This document shows, piece after piece, positions 50,971 through 64,000 of a stretch of DNA of 64,000 nucleotides. The notes below the pieces were generated by a model, which was not told the origin of the DNA, did no database searches, and saw only the letters and a program-made list of their open reading frames with translations. A program made the translations under genes and the position numbers. This DNA comes from Octopus vulgaris. Taxonomy: Eukaryota. Position 1 is the first letter of the stretch. Each line of letters starts with the position of its first letter. Location: positions 97,464,001 through 97,528,000 of the forward strand of contig OX597814.1 in assembly GCA_951406725.2 (NCBI GenBank), read 5' to 3'.

Positions 50971-51795
50971 AGAGAAAGGATATATTTATTGTACATGATT
51001 CTTTCTGTTTCCCCCATCCCAAAGAAACCTATTGAAAATGTTCGTTTTTTTCTTTTTCTTAGCACAATAAAACACCGAAACCTGGTTCTGATAATATACT
51101 CCAGACAGATGAATTTAAATCTGTAAGAAGGAGAGAGCGAGAAAGAGAGATAAATTATTTGATAAATAAATTTAGATAACTTAGCGGAGGGCAAAATGAC
51201 GACAGCATCTTATAAACTGATTCCCCTTTTATACAGGCATAACAAAATTAATTACATTTCAGTGATAAAGTTTTAAAATAATGATGTATACAAAATCCTC
51301 ACAGTAAATACTCATTACAATAGCTTACATACAATAGCTTAACCAATCTTGTTCGGACGGTTTTTGTGCAATAGCAGTCATGCATGCTTACGAATACAAA
51401 TTAATTTAGATAGAATAGAATTTACATATAAATACTCAAAACAATAAATAATCTAGTGTATTGTCTAGTGACTGGCGTAGCAATGGTATCAATTCTATTT
51501 TTGTGCCAACTTTGAATACAAAACACAAGCCATCATAATAATATTGTCGTCTGCTTCATTCATTTCATCTTTTCTTCATTTCTCTACCACCACGTTTTCT
51601 TACTCTTTCTCCTTTTCTCTCTCTCCTCTCTCTATCTATCTCAGTCTCTCACCCTCGTTCATTCACACACATACTCGTGCTCATACATGCCAGTGTATAT
51701 ACAAATTCATACATATATATCTTATTTTGATTTTATTCACCTTACTTCGAGCTGTGCTGATAATACTGGACTACCTGAATCTCAATTATATCTTT

Positions 51796-52255
<460 letters not shown>

Positions 52256-52429
52256 CTTTCTTTCGAACCTACGTTATGACAGTATCTTGTACCTATTTAC
52301 ATAAAGGTGGGGTGGGGGGGGACCTTGTTGTACATAATATATATGAACAATGGTAGACATAAATATAGACAAATCGATAGTTAGGCAAGTACACAAGAAA
52401 CAAACAACATGGTATGTTTATGCAACAGC

Positions 52430-52610
52430 CTGTTGTTGTCTTTTGAAACGGAAGCGAACCTTCATCAAGCAAACCTATGATCAAAGGCATTCCAACCATG
52501 AAGATGTCGTCTTTTGTAATCCTGGACTACATTGTACAATGTGTACTTCCGTGTTCAAGGCAGTAGGCTGTGATTGTAGGGAAACTTGGTTACTATTTGC
52601 AGCAGGTCGG
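52430..52610 (+). repeat. Interspersed repeat 'family C'
   Basis: atcaagcaaacctatgatcaaaggcattccaaccatga ... ttggttactatttgcagcaggtcg; related to 57433-57670 (minus). Confidence 0.5.
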
Positions 52611-52700
52611 AGAGAAAGATGCATTAAATATCAATGCATGTTTTGCTCATACACGGAACCGCGTATACGAATACACATACACACACATACGTACACACAC

Positions 52701-52740
<40 letters not shown>

Positions 52741-53237
52741 TTATATGTATATATACACATATATGTACATAAGTGTGATTCTCATATTTGTATGTTTATT
52801 ATGTAGGAAGAGGGAACATGATTTGGCTATCCATACCAATATGCGCATGTATATATATATATATGTATATATAAGTGTATAAACACATAGATGTGTATAT
52901 ACACTTATATACAGATATACACACTTATGCACATTGGTGTAGATGGCCAAATCTTTTTGGCAAATAATATACGTATTTGGTAAATAATATACATATAAAA
53001 AGTGGACAGCATCAGCAAGTATCGAGAAACTCACTGAATGCGGAAGTCTGTTCTCACGGATATGTATATTAAATATCTGTGTTAAATACAACCGTTGTAT
53101 AATACAAACAGTTATATATCTATTATACGTAATACAGAATTTTTTAAATATTTAATGATTTTTAAGGCTGACACCATCTCTAATCAGTGATGCATATGTA
53201 CACAAACAAATACACACATACACACAATTTCTCCTCT

Positions 53238-53297
<60 letters not shown>

Positions 53298-54173
53298 TCT
53301 ATCTATTTATTTATCTATCTATTTGTCAATCTATTTTTGTCGCTTTCTTTCTCTCTTTCCCTCTCTCTCTCACACACACACACACACATATACACGCGCG
53401 TAAACACACACAAACACACACACATACACACACAAATACTGTCATTATAGACTCATACCGTCTCACGCACATACACACACGCAATCTCACAGTCTGTCAC
53501 GCATATACACATACACAAACAATCTGACATACACATACAGTCCAACATGCATGCACATGCACAGTCTGATACATACGGGCGCATGGCATACACACACGCT
53601 AACATACACACACAAACACATTTTTTCTCAGTCTCATACACTCATACATATACACACACACATACACACATACGGTTTGTATTAAGCGCATGGCTGATGT
53701 ACAATATTGAGTCATTTTTGTATGAGTAACAGAAGAAAAAAGAGAAAAAAAAAGAAGAAAATGTTTGCTCAAAAACCTGATTATTATTATCATAAATGTA
53801 GATGGTGGTGAGTGTACACAAAATCGAAAGAGAAACAAGAAAGATTTGAAGAAATATCAAAAAGAGACAATGGATTTGAAGAACGATGAAGATTAAAATC
53901 ACATGTCCCATTATGAATTTCTCAATTTATTCAGTTACAGTTTATATCGTGCGCTCACAAACAAACAGGATTTTGCGTGTTATTCGATTTTTAAAAAATT
54001 TTTTTTTTTTGCGTTTAACCGTTGACTCAGGTAAATTGATAGGGAGAAAGGGGAGAAAGAGAAACAAACAGACGATAAATATAAAGACAGATAGACAGAC
54101 GATAGGTACGCAGACAGACAAGCAGACGACAGACAGACGATAGACAGGTAGCGGACAAATAGACAAATATATA

Positions 54174-54344
54174 TGTTATAATTTGATTATTCATTGTCTG
54201 ATATGGTATGATATTTCGGAATATAAAAATTCCTTCTTCAAATATCGCTAGAAATTGATCGATCAAATCCTGGCGATAACTGAAGTAATCTTTGTATTCC
54301 GAAATATTATATCATATCAGACAATGAATAATCAAATTATAACA
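54174..54344. other. Spacerless palindrome / long hairpin (87 + 84 nt)
   Basis: Outer 32 bp perfect, centre ttgatc|gatcaa at 54260/54261. Confidence 0.9.
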
Positions 54345-54470
54345 GTTATTATAGTACACTCTGCATTGTTATGCCATTCAATACACGTTATATTTCACAA
54401 ACAATACACAATGCTTCAAGCGAACTACATTACTCTCCTGTATATATATAATACATACATACATACATAC

Positions 54471-54536
<66 letters not shown>

Positions 54537-54704
54537 TATGTATACACTGGGAGAGAGAGAGATTAACTGATTGATTGATTGATTGACTGATTGATTGATT
54601 GATTGATTTGATTGATTAATAATACACCTGTACAGTCTTTGTTTATGTTCAGCACGCGCACATTCACATGCAATATAAATATAAAATGAATAAATATTAA
54701 CTAC

Positions 54705-54809
54705 CTGTTCGGTCAAAGATTCCTCATAGTAAGCATCCCTTCTCTCATCACAAGGTTTTTGGTCACCTTTTTTGCCACACTGTAGGTCTAAAGCAGCAGG
54801 GATCTTCAT
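54705..54809 (-). CDS. Putative first coding exon (or uORF) of an unidentified gene: MKIPAALDLQCGKKGDQKPCDERRDAYYEESLTEQ
   Basis: AAAATG start context, 35 open codons in unique sequence, CAG|GTAGTT donor at 54704 (phase 0), leader-like sequence upstream. Confidence 0.42.
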
Positions 54810-55239
54810 TTTTTTTATGTTTTGTTTTCTCTCAAAACGCGATAATCCTTTTAATTAAGCGTGTTAGTAGAAATATCCTTCCTTAGTAAATCTTATTGAA
54901 TTATTATTATTATTATTATTGTTAGTGGTCAGCTTCCGCTGATTGTTTCTGTTTGTTGTCCCGCTGCTAGTGTTCATTTTTTTACCAATGTTTTCTCGGT
55001 TATTATCGACGGATGCTGCCGGGATGTAACAGCGACGAAAGAAGAGTAATGCTTCGCTGTGAACCAGCGTATATTACAATAGACGGCATTCATTGTGTTT
55101 GCTTACTTTACTATCATTTCTATTACGGTCATTGGAACAACAACTACCATCGTTTGCAGACAAACAAACAAAAGAAATTTTACAACATCCAACTTCTTAA
55201 TTATAACTATCACACACTCGCAGACATAACGGCTGCCGA

Positions 55240-55270
<31 letters not shown>

Positions 55271-55370
55271 TCTGCCGCTGCAGTTGTTGCTGATGCTGTC
55301 ATGCGGTTGCCGCGCGGTTGCTACGGTTGTTTGTTCCTCTCAAGTTCTCTCTCTTCCTCAACATCTCTCC

Positions 55371-55404
<34 letters not shown>

Positions 55405-55430
55405 TTTCGCTATCTCTTTCTTTCTCTCCC

Positions 55431-55466
<36 letters not shown>

Positions 55467-55810
55467 TTCTTTCTCCATCTTTTTTTATTTATTTTTCTGC
55501 CTCTCTAACCACCCTCTGTATCTCTTCTCTCTCAATCTCTTTCTTTCTTTCCCTCACTTGGCCTGTCTTTCCCACTTGTTCTCTCTACACCCACTTTCTC
55601 CCTCCCCTTTCTCCTCTCTACATCTTCTTTCTCCTCTCCCTCTTTCTTCTCTCTATCTCTCTCTGCTCTCTCTATATCACTCTCTCTTTTCCTCTGTCTC
55701 ACCTTCTCACTCTCACCCTCTCTATCTCCCACACTCCATCGCTCTCTCTGTCTCTATCTCTCTCCTTATCCATCTCCCTCTATCCTTTTCTGTTCCTCTC
55801 TCACTCACCC
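54810..55810 (-). promoter_or_regulatory. Putative 5' UTR and promoter region
   Basis: Transposon-free, CpG-richer segment with (GCA)n tract (55240-55270) and a long GA-rich tract on minus (55340-55810). Confidence 0.35.
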
Positions 55811-56079
55811 TCTAGTATTGTTACTACTGTAGTGTGTTCACTTCATCACTGAGATATTATTCTGGCTGCAATAGAATGGTAGTTGTTATTGTTATTATTA
55901 TCAGTTGGGATATGTTACAGCAACTGTTCAAATTTTATTAATAAGCCTGAATAAACAGACCGTTTAGTTTTTACGCCATTTCATTTGTTTGTTGTCGTTG
56001 CATAAATGTTGTAAATTTAGTAATTTTTTGAAAACTCTTTCTATCTCATAAGGTAGATACCGCTTAAAACTAACATACG

Positions 56080-56620
56080 TACATACATACATACATACAT
56101 ACATACATACATACATACATACATACATACATACATACATACACACATACATACATACACATGCATACATACATACGTACATACATACACACATACACAC
56201 ATACATACATACATACATACATACATACATACATACATACATACACACATACATACATACACATGCATACATACATACGTACATACATACACACATACAC
56301 ACATACATACATACATACATACATACATACATACATACATACATACATACACAAACAGCTAAGCAGAACGATAGGTGGGCAAATAAGTAAGCAAACTGCC
56401 ATGTGTGTATGTATGTGTGAGCGTATGTGTGTGTGTATGTGCGTATGTGTGTGTGTGTGCATATATATACATATATATATACATACATATATGTGTGTGT
56501 ATGTATGAGTATGCATGCGCGTCTGATATATATATGCACGTATATGTGCGTGTGTACATATACACGCAAATACATACATGCACACGTGCACTAGCGCGTG
56601 CTGCACATATACACGCACGC
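56080..56620. repeat. (TACA)n and TG/TA-rich microsatellite region
   Basis: Direct reading. Confidence 0.95.
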
Positions 56621-57268
56621 GTACGCCCGCAGACATGGACAGATGCACGCTCACACAGACTGGAAGTGGTCAACGAAGTTCAAACTCGCTTCGATCATTA
56701 CCATAACGATCAAGTATCTGTGTTTCATGTGAGCGTAGTCACACATGGACACATGTATGACCTAATAGTAGCACACTACATTCACTTATTCCTGCACAGA
56801 TATCTATATACACGGAATGAGAACGATAGAGCGAGAGCAGGAGATGACGCTGACGAAATTCATAATCAGGTCCACAAGAACTGTTATTAAAAGAACTGAT
56901 GCAACCACTATAACCAGGTTCCTACAAAAGTGTTCCAAGGAAACAGGATCTCGGTATTGCTGACTACCTTAGCAGAGAACTTGTTGTTTAGATGGTTATG
57001 CTTAAGATGGTATTTTAGTATCACAACTTCATACATGCTCCAGCAGAGGAAAACAAAATTTACATCATCGTTTTTGCAGACAATATAAAGCTTATTCTAA
57101 AAATATTTATGACGCAAGAAAATTATTATACCTGACCACAAAATTCTGAAAAGAAATCGGGATGGAACTGGGTCAGTAAAGATGTTTGCATCTGATAGTA
57201 AATTCTAGGTAACAATTATAAGCAAAAATTCATCGTTATATTGATAACAGTGACCTGTTTCACTTTCT

Positions 57269-57399
<131 letters not shown>

Positions 57400-57432
57400 T
57401 GTGTGTATGTGTGTGTGTATATATATATATAT

Positions 57433-57670
57433 CACTGATGTCTCCAACGACGAACCAACGAGGGTACCTTCCCTCTGTCGGGTCACTAACCTGCTAGAAA
57501 GAGCAGCTAAATCTCTCTCAAATCACATCCAATATCTCCTTAGAAAAGGAAACATTGAATAACGTGATCTGGGTTCCTTGTGTACACAGAAACTGGCAGA
57601 ATCTGGGTTCCTTGCTTACCTCTGGTCATAGAAATGCTTGATGACAGCAGACCGATGGCTAAGCAACAAG
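57433..57670 (-). repeat. Interspersed repeat 'family C'
   Basis: acctgctagaaagagcagctaaatctctctcaaatcaca ... ggtcatagaaatgcttgat. Confidence 0.5.
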
Positions 57671-57939
57671 TGTTTCCAATTTTCTCCGAATTGATGGATA
57701 AGGACGCTGTTCATGTTAGTGCTGTAGCAGATGTTTCATTTTAAAACTGCATGTGATGAGCCCTAGAGTAATCTACAATATGCGTTCTCTGGCTTTAAAT
57801 CCTTTATACTCATCGTGAGCATTGTAATGATTCAAGAACTTCTAGGAGTCTTAGGTGTCCGTAGAAAAGAGGAAAAAAGGGGATTGACACACATCTGAAT
57901 AATATTCTATGAGTGACAAAGGCCTCAAGCTATCAGAAT

Positions 57940-58930
57940 AGTTAGCACACCGGACATGATGCTTTGCGACATTTCGTCCGCCTCGACGCTCCAGTTTCAT
58001 GGTTGACTTTGCCTTTCATCCTTTCGGGGTCAATAAAATAAGGACCAGTTGAGTACTGGGGTCGATTTAATTGACTTTGCCTCTCCCTCAACACTGCTGG
58101 CCTTATGCCAAAATTTTTAACCGATATTCTAAGAGTGGTATAGCATAAGCATTTGAAAGCATTCCAAACTTTTCTTTTCCATTCTTCTGTACGGTATAAT
58201 ACTCGTACTACATCCACATATACTAATCTATATCTGCATACACACAAATACACATACACATAGAAAAGTAAACATATTAGTCATGCCATTTTTATGACCA
58301 ATTCTGATTGCAAAGAGATTTTAAACCGCACACGAGTGCGTACATACAAACATTACACATTACTAGTTCACGTCGTATATTCGATTGTTTCAGTTCTCTG
58401 GTTAAAAAGAATGTGAAGGTGGCGAGCTGGCATAAGCGTTAGCGCGTCGGCCCTAGCGTAGCTAGAGTATGTGCCGCTCGGGGTGGCCCTTCCGTTTGTC
58501 GCCCTGGACCCCACAAAAATCACATATTGCATACAGGAGATCCAAAAGTGCTGCCCGGGACAGACCGCACCTACCACCTTCCCCCCTAGCTACGCTAGTG
58601 CGTGTGCTGACAAAGATGCTTTGCGGAATTTCATTCGTCTTTACGTTCTGAGTTCAAATTCCGCCGATATCGATATACCTTTCGTTCTTTAGGGATTGAT
58701 AAGCTAAAGTACCTGTGAAGTATCCACTAAAACTGCTAGCCTTGTGCCATCGCGTCAGGCAAAATGATTAGCATTTCGTTCGGTTTTAAGTTCTGAGTTC
58801 AAATTCTGTCGAAATCGATTTTGCTTTTCATCCTTTCGGGGACGATAAAATAAGCACCTGTTGAGCATCGGAGTCGATGCAATCGAGTAGCCTTTCACTC
58901 AAAATTTCAGGCTTTGTGCTTATAGTAAAA
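57940..58930 (+). mobile_element. SINE family A copies (57940-58125, 58418-58930)
   Basis: Consensus matches. Confidence 0.78.
58451..58600. mobile_element. hAT-like MITE inserted in a SINE head
   Basis: TIR ctagcgtagctag (58453-58465) / ctagctacgctag (58586-58598); interrupts the family A head. Confidence 0.75.
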
Positions 58931-59169
58931 AGGAATTAAAAGAAAGTGTCTAAGTTTGATTTTAAATTACTTATATCAAGCAATATATTGTGTAAATTTA
59001 AACAAGAGAGTGAGAGAGAAAGAAACAGTGAAAAGAGCAGTCGCTATTTTATGCGTACAGCAAAACAATTTCTATGTTTGGAAGACATTTCGCAGAATAT
59101 TTTTATTTCAGCACTATTATTGATTTCTAACATAGACACAATACCTCGGAATTGATGGAGAAGCATAAT

Positions 59170-60005
59170 ACATCATTTCGACCGTAGAACTTAACTGGTA
59201 TTTTATTTTGTCGACACCGGAAGGACGAAAGATAAAGTTAACCTCAAAGAAAACGTTGAGTGCTGAAACAAAATTCAACAAGGTAAATACCTTGTTGAAT
59301 TTGTCCAATGTTCTTAACGACACTGCCAACCCACTCCATCTGATTTCATATTACTATTGGTGTTTTATTTTGGTGTGAAACAGTGTATTGACAGAACGCA
59401 CCATTCCAATTTAGGTACAAGGCAGCAACTTTGAGCTGAAGGATTCGTCGATACTTGAATGGTACTTTGTTTCATCGAGCCCAGTAGGAAAACATTAAGT
59501 TCATCCCGGCGGAATTTGATCTCAGAACGTAACACTCTAACGATTCAGCTTGTTCGTAGTCTTATTCATTACTAATATTGGTTTCAAATTTTGGTACAAA
59601 GCCAGCAATTTCGGGGAGGGGGTTAAGTCTATTACACCGACCTCAGTATTCAACTGGTACTTATTTTATTGAACGTCAAAGGATAAAAGGCAAAGTTTAC
59701 ATCGACAGAACTTGAACTCTGAGCGTAAAGACAGACGAAATACTTAGCAGCATTTCGGTTCTGCCAGTTCACCGCCTTATTCAATGTTAATATTGTTTTC
59801 AAATTTTGGCTCAAGGCCAGCAGTTTTGGGGGAGGAGTAAGTCGATTAAATCGACCCCGGTATTCAACTGGTACTTATTTTATCAATTTCAAAAGGATGA
59901 ATGGCAAAGTCGACCCTGGCGACATTTGAACTCAGAACGTAAAGACGGACGAGATGTCGCTAAGCATTTTACCCGGCAAGCTAACGATTCTACCAGCTCG
60001 CCGTC
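59170..60005 (-). mobile_element. Tandem degenerate SINE family A copies
   Basis: Three to four reverse-complement copies. Confidence 0.78.
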
Positions 60006-60459
60006 TTTATTGAATATTAGAACCTATTTCGACATGATATGAATGTTTAATGCATTCATGTATTTTTGAAATATCATCTGCAACACACTAGCGTCAGCAT
60101 TGAGAAGTTAAATATAAATAAGAAAATTCTAAAAAGAATTCTATAATTCCTCATTTGGATTTGAAAAAATTATACAAATTAACTACATTTAACTCATTTA
60201 TGTAACTCATTTATATAACATAACACGCGAATATAAAAAAAAAGAGTATCTTGATTTTCAAATCACTTAAAGGTATTAAATATTATTTAAGTAAGCACTG
60301 GATACATTGCATTCAGATACATTGCTTGTAGATATACAGGTACGCTCGATTTCGTTCAGACAGTATTTTGTTGTGAAGTATTTTATTCACAAAGCAACAG
60401 CTAGGTCGATTCTTATTGAAGTGGTCAGATATGAGAGTAGCTAAAAAGATTATTGTTGT

Positions 60460-60800
60460 TAGTTACACTGCTTTAGCATAAAGCAAAGTACCCAGCTTAG
60501 ATTTATGGCCATCAAGGAGAAGCTATTCAGAAGGAATTTTTTCTAATGTCGACAACTAAACAACTTCTCTGATCTCTAATTTAGTGATATTTCTGGCTGC
60601 TTTAGAATCCAAATCTTTTCGATTAAGCATACACTGCAGTTTCAAGCTCCATTGAGGTAATGGAGTAATTTTGTCGATGATGCTCCATGTCACAGGAGTT
60701 CACTCTGAACCGCCTTCCCTAATGTTCCAGAGTAATTAGGACAAGCCTATACAATGGCAAGCCTTCTACAAGAAAGAGACGCTCGCAGTCAAGTATGGAC
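60460..60800 (-). mobile_element. Penelope-like (Naiad-like) GIY-YIG C-terminus and 3' flank
   Basis: Minus strand LLWNIREGG..PVTWSIIDK...LNGA*NCSVCLIEKIWILKQPEISLN*RSEKLFSCRH*KKFLL. Confidence 0.8.
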
Positions 60801-60849
60801 TCAAAGTGCGAAAGTAATACTTCAAACTGAAGACCTCAAAAAGTTCTCA

Positions 60850-63750
60850 CTCGATTTTATCTAGCTAATAATAGAAAAAGTAAAATTTCAACATCACACC
60901 AATTCTTTCCAAAACACAACGAATAATTTCATGAGAACTTTCAAACAATCCACTTCCCTTCCCCAACATTCACACTGATGAAACAAAGAATATATGCAAA
61001 CGAAATATCCTCTCACTCTCCAAACTCCTTAATAACATTACAATATCACACAAAAACAGCCCTACTGCATATAACATTGTAAACTGATCAGTGAAGGAAC
61101 GACATTAAATGTAGGTCGACTCACCATGTGTAAACTTTTCATTACTCTTAAAAATCACAAGGACAATTTTCTTCACCAATCCAATTTCAGTTTAATTAAT
61201 CTCTCCAAAACCTGATTTGGAACAATGAACATGCGCATTCCTGTGGCAATTATCCTTAAAATTAAGATTTTTCGATATTGATTTCAAATTTTGGCACAAA
61301 GCCAACAATTTCAGGGGAAGGTGTAAGTTGATTACATCGACCCCAGTATACAACTGATATTTATTTTATCGAGCCCGAAAGGATGAAAGATAAAGTCGAC
61401 CTCGGCAGCATTTGAACTCAGAACGTAAAGATAGACCAAATGCCACTAAGCATTTTGCCAGGTGGGCTAACGATTCTGCCAGCTGCCGCCTTAAGATATT
61501 TCAATATTAGAAGAATAGAACAGTAGCGCCGAAATTATTAAGAGTTTTCACAACATCGAAAACAAAGCTTCCCGCAGATTCATCTAACTGACACGGTAGA
61601 CCTTTTTTTGCTCTAAATGTTTCTCCTGATGTCTCTCGACTGCAGGAGAAGATTTACTACAATCTTCTGCAAGAAAACAATTTTCACTGGGTAAAATAGC
61701 GGATATCTCCTTATTCGACATTTCCATTGAAAACTACAAGCAAGCTGAGATATCAAACTTTGTGTATTTGTTACTTCTTGATACCTTCAAAAAGCGTACA
61801 ACTCCTTATAGATCAATAACTGTTGACATGATGATTTAGGAATATCATACAATATTAATGGTCATTACACGAATAGATTTAGAAAATTTCTAATAGAAAT
61901 ATTCAATAAATTTGATTTCAATTTGACCATATGCACCAACTTACCAATAGTTAGGCGCAGCACTAGATTTAAATACAATCAGACACTATCTCAACAAAAT
62001 CAAGGGAACCATATATAAGTACAAAAATTCCTACCCTACTTCCCAGTCATAATTACTATCTCTCAACATAGTAGCTAGAATAAGTAGAATAGTATCCGAT
62101 TTATCCTCACACAAGAACATTTTAAAAAAGGGCCTTGCCCTATTATGACGTTGCGCTAGTTGGAAGCAGCTTTAGCTAGTATATCGGGAACACTTACCAC
62201 ACATATGCATCATAGCAGATCTAGGAAGAGGAAGTAATTTAATAACATTGAACATCGTAGACAAAGCCACTTCATACGTCAACAGAGTTCGAAACTGCAA
62301 ATAGTGCTTAACTGAAAAGTTCCACCTTCTAAAGAAGCTGGCGAAAATTAGAGACGTTGTCTGGTTGTCGACATCAAAAATAATTTCTCTGGTTAGCTTC
62401 TATGTATCTGAAATGATACAGCTTACTGAGGTGATGATTCATGTTGAGTAGCTGCCCATTGACGATTTAAAATCTGGACTGGGTACTTTCTCTAATACCT
62501 CAGACGAAGATCACCCACCACCTGACCTACGTTGACCAATTAGAATCGTCCTTGTCAGTTCTCTGCCAATACACCGAATCATTCGGCAAAATATTTCCTG
62601 AATAAGCATACATGCACCCATATATATATATATATAAATTCTGTGTAATACAAAGGTCTTCCCCAACGACGGTCATTTCAATGCAAATGTTATCGCCCTT
62701 ATTCCTCACTAGTCTTCAACATCCTGATATTGTCTACATGCAACCTAGGCAATTCACATTAAATCTACAGTGATTCTATAAACAGAGACTTTGAAAACAT
62801 TCGTCAATGGAATCATTTCGGTCTTGAGAAGAGACAGTCACTACGCACTTTAAGAAAATGTTATCATACACTTCTAAACCTGAACAGCTCGCAACTGTAA
62901 CCATCAGATCACTACCATTGCTAAGTCTCACCGACGATGGGGATCTCCTATGGTGATTATACTTTTTCAGCATAATAAATACTACATTATAAAGAATAGC
63001 CTTCTCTTCACAGAAAATAGTTAATCTTCCAAGAACAGTTAATCTTCTACGATGCTCAGATGAAACCGGCAATAAAAGACCGGTTCTACATGCAGACATC
63101 TTTAACGATATCCAAATAGTTACCTCATTGGCATGAAGTCGCTTACTAACACACTCAAACCTTTGGTCGATAAATGTGCTGGCTCTTCTCTCAACATTTT
63201 CTATCGCTACTACAATAACTTCTTAAGCAAACACTTTTCATAACAACAAATACCACAAAACCTTAAAAACAACAACATGAAGCTTAGTTACAACTGCTTA
63301 TAAAATACAGCCTCCTCCCAAACATCTCACCATAATCAAAAACCCAGAAATTATTCCCCACTCCAACAACATGAAAGCAACAACAGAAATAAACCTATGC
63401 ACTCAGTGGAAAATGATTGTTAAAGACGCTTATTTACAAAGCTATTGTAAGAGCAGATGGCATTGATATTACCTACGCATTGCTAGCAGAGAACACATTC
63501 TAAACACGGTACACATATCACATGCATTTCATTAGAGCCAGAGACAGAATCAATTCATCATCATTATCCCAATATGTCTGAAAGCACAAAAATATAAGAA
63601 TCGGTGATATTTCAATAAAATAGAGTATTGTCAAAATAGCTATACCATAAATAAAGAAGAGCTTAGAAAAAATACTAATAAAAAATAATAGTTGCAGATA
63701 ATACCGTCAACAGAAGAGAGATGAGATTCTCTACATGCTCTTACAAAAAA
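60850..63750 (+). mobile_element. Degenerate Penelope-like (Naiad-like) element(s): RT and GIY-YIG, with a nested second C-terminus at 62220-62400
   Basis: FITLKNHKDNF...LINLSK, HDDLG (decayed YRDDGL), IEIFNKFDFNLTICTNLPIV, MKLSYNCL, ALSGK*LLKTLIYKAIV...ENTF*TRY..H...SLSQYV*K; CK*CLTEK...SGCRH at 62300-62375. Confidence 0.82.
61280..61492 (-). mobile_element. SINE family A inserted in the Penelope relic
   Basis: Reverse complement of the consensus. Confidence 0.85.
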
Positions 63751-64000
63751 GAAAAGAAAAAGAAAATCCCCCCAGAGAATTTGAAATACAAATAATATTA
63801 TTTAATATAAATTATTTAGAATAATTCCCCTTAACTCTAGTAAATTATTATATAAATTTGTAAGGTAAGAACAATTATGTAAACTTGTAGAGTTGTCCTT
63901 ATAGGAACAATGTGAATACAGAGTCATACCTCTGAAACCGTTCCAATACGTAATAGGATATGCCACCGTCAAACTACATTACATGGTGTTGCCAATGAAA

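Noticed and set aside
52350-52772. Cys-rich 140-aa ORF
   Set aside because: Overlaps interspersed repeat family C and runs into a microsatellite
55013-55852. 279-aa plus-strand ORF with poly-Ala and Ser/Leu-rich tail
   Set aside because: Produced by (GCT)n and CT-rich low-complexity tracts; better explained as the antisense of a leader/promoter
63910-63945. Hammerhead-like stem (agag/ctct + GAAAC) after the Penelope relic
   Set aside because: Core CUGANGA box and stem I are not recognisable

Overview
AT-rich, repeat-saturated animal genomic DNA, most likely an octopod cephalopod (inferred from two dominant tRNA-derived SINE families and very dense (TA)n/(TACA)n/(TAGA)n/(TTA)n microsatellites). 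No complete host protein-coding gene is visible. The best host-gene signal is a probable first exon with 5' leader on the minus strand near 54.7-55.3 kb, which would make much of the window intronic; a CCAAT/CRE promoter-like cluster lies at 3.3 kb. Most long ORFs in the track are microsatellite artefacts or transposon relics. Relics recognised from protein motifs: RTE-type LINEs, L1/Tx1 LINEs, R4/Dong LINEs (one inserted in a TAA tract), several Penelope-like elements (GIY-YIG), a CsRn1-type Gypsy with an internal deletion, mariner and Tc1-like transposons, an AcademX-like transposon, a non-autonomous Helitron and several MITEs. Most noteworthy: (1) a 28S rRNA peptidyl-transferase-region fragment just downstream of a tRNA-Trp primer-binding-site motif; (2) a tRNA-headed SINE-like unit carrying an intact minimal hammerhead ribozyme, plus further hammerheads in Penelope terminal repeats; (3) a Naiad-like Penelope relic with TGA at two conserved Cys positions and a decayed SECIS-like hairpin in a related copy; (4) four large hairpins/foldbacks that could be miRNA or ADAR substrates. 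Repeat boundaries were read by eye and are approximate; family names rest on motif recognition, not database searches.
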